Virus record (IMG/VR): IMGVR_UViG_3300023109_001408
Coordinates: 1 to 54,409 of that record
Reading direction: 5' to 3' (one strand)
Length of the DNA stretch: 54,409 nucleotides
Source of the DNA: a virus
Taxonomy: Duplodnaviria > Caudoviricetes
In this document: piece by piece, positions 19,200 through 26,703 of the stretch
Numbering within the stretch: position 1 is the stretch's first letter
Layout: every line of letters begins with the position of its first letter
Notes under the pieces: generated by a model
Seen by the model: the letters and a program-made list of their open reading frames with translations, nothing else
What the model was told of the DNA's origin: nothing
Databases searched by the model: none
Made by a program: the position numbers and the translations under genes

Positions 19200-20116
19200 T
19201 GCTCTTAAGAGAACTCTTCGAAGCAAAAGCCCGTAATGTAGTAGCAGTCATGGCAGGTGGGTTTCATCCTTTTCACCCTGGTCATAAAAGTTTATACGAC
19301 TGGGCAGTAAAAACATTCGGAAAAGCAAACGTTTATGTTGCTGCAACTAATGACCAAGAAACACGACCCTTTCCTTTTGAAGTTAAAAAGAAACTTGCTG
19401 CAATGGCGGGCGTTCCTGAAAGTAACTTTATGCAAGTTCGATCACCTTTTAACAATAGAGAATACTCGCATTTGTTAGACGATGATACTGCATTGGTATT
19501 TGTTCGCAGTGAAAAAGACAAAAACGAAGAACCGTTACCTGATAGAATGAAGATTGATAGGAAAACTAAAAAGCCTACAAACGAGCCAAGATATCTAAGA
19601 AGCTACACAGGTAAAAATGTAAACACACACGACGAAATGGGCTACATGGCGTATGGTCCCACTATCAACTTTGACTTTGGTGGTATGCAGATCAAAAGTG
19701 CAAGTGAACTAAGAGCCAGTTGGCCGGAAATGAGTGACGAAGATAAACTAAAAGCTGCCAAACTCATGTACGGCAATGGTGCAGAAGCAGCAGTACAACT
19801 TCTAAACAAAGCACTAGGCGATACAGAAGCACCAGTAGGTGAAATATTAGGCTTTGCTAGACATACACCTAAAAGAGATACAGTTACAAAGAAAAAAGAA
19901 AAGTTTGACGAACCAACTATTGCAGATAAAATTGCTGCAAGAAGAAAAGCAGCAGCTAGAGGCGATAAAGACGCTTGGAAAACTAAGAAAACATTAGAAA
20001 AAGCTCCGCCAGGTAGAGAAAAACAAGTTAAAGCACTAAAGAAGAAATTTGACGATCCAGGTGCACCTTATGCAATAGCATGGGCACAGCATAACAAGAA
20101 GAAAAGTAATGGATGA
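19199..20116 (+). CDS. HxGH-superfamily nucleotidyltransferase with a virion-type leader and basic tail
   Basis: MLLRELFEA leader; GGFHPFHPGH motif; SASELR; Lys-rich tail. Confidence 0.7.
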   Translation: MLLRELFEAKARNVVAVMAGGFHPFHPGHKSLYDWAVKTFGKANVYVAATNDQETRPFPFEVKKKLAAMAGVPESNFMQVRSPFNNREYSHLLDDDTALVFVRSEKDKNEEPLPDRMKIDRKTKKPTNEPRYLRSYTGKNVNTHDEMGYMAYGPTINFDFGGMQIKSASELRASWPEMSDEDKLKAAKLMYGNGAEAAVQLLNKALGDTEAPVGEILGFARHTPKRDTVTKKKEKFDEPTIADKIAARRKAAARGDKDAWKTKKTLEKAPPGREKQVKALKKKFDDPGAPYAIAWAQHNKKKSNG

Positions 20117-20330
20117 ACTCGAGCGTATAAAGAAACTCGCAGGTGTAAACGAATTCAAAGGTTACACAGAGTATACTCTTGAAAATATTAGTGATGCTGC
20201 AAATTCAAATGCACGTAAGATGCGTAAAGATAATATTAAGCCAGGTGACAAAGAATGGTTCGAACTATGGTTTGGACTTCCTAAGATGACCGGTGAAAAT
20301 ATGCCTAAAGGTTTTCGAGGACGCAAGTGA
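20109..20330 (+). CDS. hypothetical protein, putative virion-internal
   Basis: ELERIKKLAGVNE N-terminal motif. Confidence 0.6.
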   Translation: MDELERIKKLAGVNEFKGYTEYTLENISDAANSNARKMRKDNIKPGDKEWFELWFGLPKMTGENMPKGFRGRK

Positions 20331-20575
20331 TGGGTTTAAGAACTTGGTGGAAAAGAGTAACAAGAGAAGAATACGAGTTAATTATAACAGTTCCTGGAGA
20401 TGTTACTGTACATACAGACGGATCTCGTACTGAAAAGAAAGTACAACAATTCTATCAAGCAAAGAAGATTGCAAAAGCTACACCTAAATATTTTTTGTTT
20501 TATGATTTAGACGGCAAAAAGAACGAAATTAAATTTTTAAAACCTGTAGATTTTCATATAGTAAAGATTTGGTAA
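20327..20575 (+). CDS. hypothetical protein
   Basis: Coupled ORF. Confidence 0.55.
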   Translation: MMGLRTWWKRVTREEYELIITVPGDVTVHTDGSRTEKKVQQFYQAKKIAKATPKYFLFYDLDGKKNEIKFLKPVDFHIVKIW

Positions 20576-20576
20576 C

Positions 20577-23264
20577 ATGAGAATAAGAGATATCACAGAA
20601 GGCGTCGGACGCATTACTAAACAGAATCAAACAGTTGATGTTGGTCCTGATGAAGTTACCAAACAGGCTGCTAAATTTGGCAACAAAGTAGACAAAGACG
20701 GACGTCCTCCAACACTAAGTAAAAAAGTTAAAGGCAAGTCAACTAATGTGCTGTTTAATCTAGGACTTGCAGAAGGCTACAAGCTACAACTAGAACGTGA
20801 CAAAGAAATGTTGGTGTTAAACATTACTGATACTGCTTCAGGCAAACGTACAGAAGTGCGTGGCAAGAGTGGTTATGAGTCCGGCGGCTATGATCCTAAA
20901 GACAAGTTACACAAGCTATTAGACAAAATTGGCAAAAGCGCCGATATTTCACAACTAATGAATGGCGAACCTGTAGGCATTAATCCTAAACACCCACAAG
21001 GTGCTAGTGCTAAAGATGCTACTGATAAAGCATACCACGAGTCATTAGAAGAAGCATTAGGAGAAATTGCTCCTAATACAGAAATTTATGTTGACATGGA
21101 CGGTGTACTTGCAGACTTCTTTGGTGAGTGGTCAAAGTCCCAAGGAGTTGACAACTGGAAAGATATTAAAGATCCTGCGAAAGCAATTGGTGATATTAAA
21201 AGCATAGAAGACTTTTGGTTAAATTTGCCGGTACTACCTAAAGCAAAAGAATTATTAGGACTGATAAAACAAGTTAAAGGCAAGTATAAGATATGTACAA
21301 GTCCATTAGCAGACGATCCACGTAGTGAACCACACAAACGTGAGTGGGTAAAGAAGAACTTAGCGTTTTTCCCACCAGAAGAAGTGATTGTTACACACAA
21401 TAAGCCACAGTTTGCAACACAAAAAGATGGTACTCCTAATATACTAATAGATGACTACGGCGTTAATATAAACGCTTGGGAAAAAGCAGGCGGCATAGGA
21501 TTTAAATACAAAGATTACAAGTTCAATAGAACAGCAAAAGCAATTAAAAATAAAATAGAAGAGCCTGTAGAAGAAAACTTTGCTGACAGTAAGAAAAAAG
21601 TACAAGAAGCATTTAATAATCCTTACCCTATAACATGGGAATATTTAAATCCAACAGGTGCCTCAAGTGGTATTGTGAAACTTGACGATGGTAGTGCGTT
21701 AGACATTCATTTTAGTGAAGAACCTGCTGGCGTTTATGAGATAGAATTTGCAAGAGATGGTTCAAATAAACAAATGGGACGCTCTGGTCAAGGTGATGAG
21801 TTTAGAGTTTTTGCAACAGTACAAGCCGCTATGTTAAAATGGTGGAAGCAATTGGACAAAACTAGTGCCAGAAAAATAACTTTCTATGCAAATAAACAAG
21901 ACGGTAATAGAGCAAGACTTTATAAAAGATTTTTAAAGATGTGGGGCGACAAGTCTGGATGGGAAATTGAAGTTAATGCCAAATCCGGACTTGCAGCGTA
22001 TTCTTTAACCAACCCAAACCCTAATAAACCTAAAAATGGTAAAAAAACATTTATACAAAGAGTTTTTGGAAAAAAAGAAACAGTAGAAAACTTTGCTGAA
22101 TCAAATGTGCCGTTGGGAAAGTATTTGTTCCATGTAGCATATGCAAGCGGATTGACAGGAATGTTAAGAGACGGACACTTAGGCGAACCAGATGAATATT
22201 TTAGTATGACAGCAGATCCAAAATATGTAGTATCAGGTAATCCAGAAGTACAAATAGTCATCGATACTGCTCGTGTAAGCAAAATGGAAACATTCGAAAA
22301 GCATGTAGAAGATTGGGAAAGTACTCCAGGAGCAGGCGATTGGGCTAAAGGCGGCAAAGGTGACTTTGAAAGCGAATACAGAGTAGAAGAAACAATACCA
22401 TGGGATTATGTAGTAGCAGTAAAAATTCTGAAGTCTAAGGTGACTAAAGAAATTATACAATTAGCAAAGCAACGTGGTGTAAAACTAGTTGGCAAAGATA
22501 ACAACGTAACTGAAAACTTTGCTGACGGTAAGAAAAAAGGTGTAAAAGAAGCAACTGACATTGTTAACATACCAGCAGGTCATATTTTATTAAGCGACTA
22601 TGCTAAACAACATATTAGCACACATAACAAGCCGGGCATAGGAAGTGTGTTTTCTAAGAATATTAACTTACAAAAGTTAGTAGATGTAATAAAAAATATT
22701 CCAGTAAAAGGTGATGGCGGAGCGTATACAGTTGATCTTGCTGGTGCAGGCTACAATCTAGTCCTGCCTATCGAAGATGCAAAAAATCTACCAGATGCCC
22801 AACTAGGAAAAGTAACCAAACAAGAGCGTGAACCTGTAAAAGTTCCAGCAGTAAGAACAACTGCGCCTATTGAAAAGTTTGCTACAAATAAAATAACTGT
22901 AATTATTAGACCAAGCAATCCTGCTTATCTACCCGACGATGTTAAACAAGATGAAAAAGTATTAGATGCTATAAAACAAGGCAAAAGTTATAGTGTAATT
23001 ACTGCTTTTCCAGGAGAAGAACTTCCGCCTGCCAGTCAATGGAATGACAAATACGCAGTTATTATTCCTGAAAGTACAGTATCTGAAAACTTTGCTGATG
23101 GTAAAGTAAAAGGCAAAAGCAGACCTGGTAGAGTAAAGAAGTCAGGTGCAAGTTGTAATGGTACAGTAACACAGTTACGCAAACGTGCTAAAAATGCAAG
23201 TGGCGAGAAGGCTAAGATGTATCACTGGTGTGCTAATATGAAGTCAGGTAGAAAGAAAAAATAA
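20577..23264 (+). CDS. 895-aa modular polyprotein: HAD 5'-nucleotidase-like, unknown, ADP-ribosyltransferase-like and RNase-toxin-like modules separated by ENFA[DE] repeats
   Basis: MRIRDITEG leader; YVDMDGVLADF...LIDDY HAD motifs; four ENFA[DE] junctions; basic C-terminal cap. Confidence 0.65.
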   Translation: MRIRDITEGVGRITKQNQTVDVGPDEVTKQAAKFGNKVDKDGRPPTLSKKVKGKSTNVLFNLGLAEGYKLQLERDKEMLVLNITDTASGKRTEVRGKSGYESGGYDPKDKLHKLLDKIGKSADISQLMNGEPVGINPKHPQGASAKDATDKAYHESLEEALGEIAPNTEIYVDMDGVLADFFGEWSKSQGVDNWKDIKDPAKAIGDIKSIEDFWLNLPVLPKAKELLGLIKQVKGKYKICTSPLADDPRSEPHKREWVKKNLAFFPPEEVIVTHNKPQFATQKDGTPNILIDDYGVNINAWEKAGGIGFKYKDYKFNRTAKAIKNKIEEPVEENFADSKKKVQEAFNNPYPITWEYLNPTGASSGIVKLDDGSALDIHFSEEPAGVYEIEFARDGSNKQMGRSGQGDEFRVFATVQAAMLKWWKQLDKTSARKITFYANKQDGNRARLYKRFLKMWGDKSGWEIEVNAKSGLAAYSLTNPNPNKPKNGKKTFIQRVFGKKETVENFAESNVPLGKYLFHVAYASGLTGMLRDGHLGEPDEYFSMTADPKYVVSGNPEVQIVIDTARVSKMETFEKHVEDWESTPGAGDWAKGGKGDFESEYRVEETIPWDYVVAVKILKSKVTKEIIQLAKQRGVKLVGKDNNVTENFADGKKKGVKEATDIVNIPAGHILLSDYAKQHISTHNKPGIGSVFSKNINLQKLVDVIKNIPVKGDGGAYTVDLAGAGYNLVLPIEDAKNLPDAQLGKVTKQEREPVKVPAVRTTAPIEKFATNKITVIIRPSNPAYLPDDVKQDEKVLDAIKQGKSYSVITAFPGEELPPASQWNDKYAVIIPESTVSENFADGKVKGKSRPGRVKKSGASCNGTVTQLRKRAKNASGEKAKMYHWCANMKSGRKKK
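21573..23098 (+). repeat. four dispersed identical 14-bp direct repeats GAAAACTTTGCTGA
   Basis: Copies start at 21573, 22086, 22512 and 23085, all in frame; copies 1 and 3 match at 27 of 28 nt. Confidence 0.9.
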
Positions 23265-23464
23265 TGTTTAGTAAAAAATGCAAACTACACCTAGAAGAAA
23301 AAGGCGAAAGTGGCCTACAACATATGCGAGCTGCTCTTTGGGCAGCATTGCGTTTACAAATGCTTGTGCCATTGCTTATAATACATAGTATTGCGCCGCG
23401 TTTCTTTACTAACAAAGGATCCGAAGTAATACAAGATATTTTAGATGATAGGAAAGTAAAATGA
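23264..23464 (+). CDS. small hypothetical protein
   Basis: TAATG-coupled; HL...GE...QHM and IHSIAPRFFT motifs. Confidence 0.6.
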   Translation: MFSKKCKLHLEEKGESGLQHMRAALWAALRLQMLVPLLIIHSIAPRFFTNKGSEVIQDILDDRKVK

Positions 23465-23634
23465 AAATTAAAGATATTGTAAGTGAAGCAGCCGCAGCAG
23501 AAATGGCAGCGTCATCAGTTGCCTCTAGTATGGGCGGTGGCAATGGATTTCTTAATGGCGGTCCAGGTACGCTGACACGAACAGGCTCTATCAAGAAGTC
23601 TAAGAAAAAGAAAGCTACTAAGAAGAAAGCATAA
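23461..23634 (+). CDS. small virion-type protein (57 aa) with a Lys-rich tail
   Basis: Not in the track; MKIKDIVSEAAAAEMAASSVASSMGGG...KKSKKKKATKKKA; same leader type as neighbours. Confidence 0.65.
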   Translation: MKIKDIVSEAAAAEMAASSVASSMGGGNGFLNGGPGTLTRTGSIKKSKKKKATKKKA

Positions 23635-23637
23635 ATA
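23631..23637 (+). promoter_or_regulatory. putative late-promoter box ATAAATA
   Basis: Lies at the start of the intergenic gap, upstream of a GGAG RBS and the ORF at 23666. Confidence 0.5.
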
Positions 23638-23665
23638 CTACATAATACGTATTGGAGTCACTCAC

Positions 23666-24472
23666 ATGAGAGAAAAAGAATTAATAGAAAAGCAGCAACA
23701 TGATCCAAAGCATGTAAAAATGGCTGTTGGCATTGCATCTGATCCTCGTCACAAAGGCGGAGATTATAGTGGTGCACACAAAAAGATTGAAAAAATTGCT
23801 AAAGGTCTAGCAAGTCATCCACAAGTTGCAGCAGTTCTTAAGAAACAAAACGAAGCAGTTAAAGAAGGCTTAGGCGAATTAGCAGACGTTGCTGAAAGAG
23901 ACCATGAAGTACAAATGGCCCGTGCTGAACTATACAAATTAGCAAAGTATGCAATCAAACTACACGACATGCTAAAAGGTGTAAGCGAAGCAGAAGGCTT
24001 AGAAGGTTGGGTACAATCTAAGATTACTAAATCAGCAGACATGATTGGTAGCGTATATCATCATATGGACTATGAAGAGAGTCCAATGGGTGATGAAGTA
24101 ACAGAAGCAAAAGATACACATTGCTCAGACAAGTGTTGCGGTGCTGATACTAAAGCAGAAGATTGTACATGTCCTCCTAGCTGTGAACATTGTAATTGCA
24201 ATGCAGTAAACGAAGGCGAAGTTCCTCCACAGTTCAAAAAGAATGTGGAGAAGATGAAAAATAAGAAAAAAGACAAGAAAGATTACAAAGAATCACTCCA
24301 AGATAAACTATCAGCTAAACTTTCTGAGTCAAAAAATTGTTCGGAATGTGGTAAACCAAGTTATACTACACTTTCTGAAAAGAAGAAAAAAGGTAGTCAC
24401 GGTAAAGTATGCTGGAAAGGCTTTCGCAGAGGCAAAGGCGATAGCTGCCATAGGGTAAAAGGTGACGGTTAA
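23666..24472 (+). CDS. putative virion-internal multi-module protein with Cys-rich segments
   Basis: Many xE junctions (VKEG, VTEA, VNEG, LSES, LSEK); metallothionein-like Cys cluster; CWKG motif. Confidence 0.6.
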   Translation: MREKELIEKQQHDPKHVKMAVGIASDPRHKGGDYSGAHKKIEKIAKGLASHPQVAAVLKKQNEAVKEGLGELADVAERDHEVQMARAELYKLAKYAIKLHDMLKGVSEAEGLEGWVQSKITKSADMIGSVYHHMDYEESPMGDEVTEAKDTHCSDKCCGADTKAEDCTCPPSCEHCNCNAVNEGEVPPQFKKNVEKMKNKKKDKKDYKESLQDKLSAKLSESKNCSECGKPSYTTLSEKKKKGSHGKVCWKGFRRGKGDSCHRVKGDG

Positions 24473-25314
24473 TGGATTTTAACGCACTTCAACACAAACT
24501 ATTTGCACTGGATCCAAGTGATCCAGCAGAAGACTTGCGTAAACTAACCGAGTCAGCTGGCGGCAATGCGCAAGGAAATGTAGCAAGTGCTGAAAATTAT
24601 GTGCAAGAAAGTGTAGAAGTACCGGAAGGTTCGTTAGAAATGGATCGAGATTACAGTGTTTCGGACTTTGCTGCACTTGCAGGCATAACATTAAATGAAT
24701 CACAAGTAAATGAATTAGATGCAAAGGCTGCTCTTAAAAGAGGCTGGGACAATCATAATACATTAGGTGCAATAGGTATTGAAAATCCATTAAAGAAATT
24801 AGTCACTCCAAGTAAATCAAAGCCTCAAAAATCAGATAAAACAGCAAATACAATAAAACCATCACATGCAGGCAATTGGAAAAGTTTCTTGCAGCAACAC
24901 ACTGCTGGATTACAAAAAATCGCTGCTGATCCTGTGAAAAAGAAACGTTTTGACACTTGGATGGCAAAGTGGAACGAAGAAGTCGAAGAAGAAACCAAAA
25001 GCGATAAAAACAAACGTCACCATAAAGATTTAGACGACTTAGAACGTACAATTCGTAAATCACCTGCCGGTATGGACAAAGACACACAATCACATATCGA
25101 TAAAAGGCGTAAAGAACTTACTCTAAATAACGAAGAAAGCAAAGGCTTATATTATAACGTAAACAAACGTAAAAAAGCCGGAACAAGTCGCAAGCAAGGA
25201 CATCCTAAGGCTCCTACTGCACAGGCTTGGAAAGATGCAGCAAAGACTGCAAAGAAAGAAAGCGTTGAATCTATCAAAGAAATGCTTTATCGTAAATTAA
25301 ACGATAAAAAGTAA
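24472..25314 (+). CDS. putative virion-internal protein
   Basis: LTES, VQES, LAGITLNES and VES junctions; basic GLYYNVNKRKKAG module. Confidence 0.6.
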   Translation: MDFNALQHKLFALDPSDPAEDLRKLTESAGGNAQGNVASAENYVQESVEVPEGSLEMDRDYSVSDFAALAGITLNESQVNELDAKAALKRGWDNHNTLGAIGIENPLKKLVTPSKSKPQKSDKTANTIKPSHAGNWKSFLQQHTAGLQKIAADPVKKKRFDTWMAKWNEEVEEETKSDKNKRHHKDLDDLERTIRKSPAGMDKDTQSHIDKRRKELTLNNEESKGLYYNVNKRKKAGTSRKQGHPKAPTAQAWKDAAKTAKKESVESIKEMLYRKLNDKK

Positions 25315-25323
25315 TCATAACGC

Positions 25324-25352
25324 TTGACAAACCTCTAAATATCCTATATAAT
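25324..25352 (+). promoter_or_regulatory. consensus sigma70 promoter
   Basis: TTGACA-17 bp-TATAAT, perfect match, intergenic. Confidence 0.8.
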
Positions 25353-25386
25353 TAACTTAACAATTTAACTCAACAAGGAGATATCT

Positions 25387-25647
25387 ATGAGCGATCGTAC
25401 CTATGGTGCTGAAGAAAAGGCAAAACTTGAAAGACTAGTACAAGAAGGCGTAACTGTAATGCAAGAGATTGAAGACTTGCAAGGTGGCCTTAAAGATACT
25501 GTTAAAGCAGTAGCAGAAGAACTTGATATTAAACCATCATTAATTAACAAAGCAATTAAAATTGCACAAAAACGTGACTGGGACAAGCATGCTGATGCAT
25601 TTGATGATCTTGAAACACTAGTTGCTACAGTAGGTGTTGACAAGTGA
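25387..25647 (+). CDS. small dsDNA-binding protein (T4 DsbA/GapR-like)
   Basis: 86-aa helical protein, EIEDL..GLKD...AVAEELDIKP..INKAIK pattern; AAGGAG RBS. Confidence 0.55.
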   Translation: MSDRTYGAEEKAKLERLVQEGVTVMQEIEDLQGGLKDTVKAVAEELDIKPSLINKAIKIAQKRDWDKHADAFDDLETLVATVGVDK

Positions 25648-25928
25648 TATCTAAAACAGTAGATTTTTTTAAAAATAGCTACAAAGAAAGTCCATTAGCG
25701 TTCTATTGTGAAATGTTTGAAGCAATTTTACTTATCGGAGCAAGTGCTGTACTGGCATTTACTATCTTAGACCCAGCAACTCGAATCTTTGTACCAATGT
25801 ATCTAATAGGTAGTATACTAGGTATTATTAGTGCTGTTTATCGAAAGGCTGCATTTGTTATCGTACTATGCACTTGGTTTACTATGATGAATCTAGTATC
25901 ATTTGTACAACTGTTTATTTTAAATTAA
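25644..25928 (+). CDS. small multi-pass membrane protein
   Basis: Three hydrophobic segments. Confidence 0.6.
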   Translation: MISKTVDFFKNSYKESPLAFYCEMFEAILLIGASAVLAFTILDPATRIFVPMYLIGSILGIISAVYRKAAFVIVLCTWFTMMNLVSFVQLFILN

Positions 25929-26001
25929 AATAAGTATCAGTAGAGTCGTTCACTTACGAACAGGTATAAGGTTAGTTGGCCATAAGCAACAAGGAGAATA
26001 A

Positions 26002-26703
26002 ATGTTTAAGAAAAAAGATACTACAAATCTTACATTCTATACAACAGGTAGTAAACAAAAGAACGATTTATTTTCTCCACAAGAGGGTATGAAACTATTG
26101 CCTGATTGGTTTAAAACTATTGATCGTTCTCAGCAAGATCCTACTCTTGCAACATGTCCTGGATTTATTGATTTATTTAAAAATAGTATTAATATTCCAT
26201 TATGGACAGATATTAATATTACATATGAAAATGACCGGCTCTTAAATGTACAAATGCCTGGAATTGGACAAGTGACTAGAGATTTTGTTCAAGTTCACAA
26301 TTCTGATCAATGGGGCGAAGGTTTTAAAAACAGTTTGCATATCAAATTGATGAATCCTTGGCATGTTACTAGTAATATAGATACTCCTTTTCTAATGCAT
26401 GATGCTGTGTGGCACAAAGAAAATATTAGCGACTATAATGTACTATCAGGTGTATTAGAGTTCAAATATCAGCATGCCAATCATATTAACATCATGTTGC
26501 CTAAAAGTAACGGGCGTGAAAAGACTGTGGAACTAAAAGCAGGTACTATTATTGCACACTTAACTCCATTAGTTGATACAAAAATGACTATAGAATCTAA
26601 ACTAATATCACATGAACAATGGCTAGGACTAACTAACTACATATCTAGTTTTAAAACACCGTATGCAGTTGCTAAAAAAATAGGGAAGAAATTAATTAAA
26701 TGA
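26002..26703 (+). CDS. hypothetical protein, paralog of 7447..8181
   Basis: TCPGFIDLF..SINIPLWTDI, KLMNPW and ELKAGTIIAHLTP motifs. Confidence 0.6.
   Translation: MFKKKDTTNLTFYTTGSKQKNDLFSPQEGMKLLPDWFKTIDRSQQDPTLATCPGFIDLFKNSINIPLWTDINITYENDRLLNVQMPGIGQVTRDFVQVHNSDQWGEGFKNSLHIKLMNPWHVTSNIDTPFLMHDAVWHKENISDYNVLSGVLEFKYQHANHINIMLPKSNGREKTVELKAGTIIAHLTPLVDTKMTIESKLISHEQWLGLTNYISSFKTPYAVAKKIGKKLIK

Noticed and set aside
21573-23098. 14-bp repeats as a CRISPR array
   Set aside because: The repeats are short, the intervals are 426-573 bp and protein-coding in frame, and there are no cas genes.
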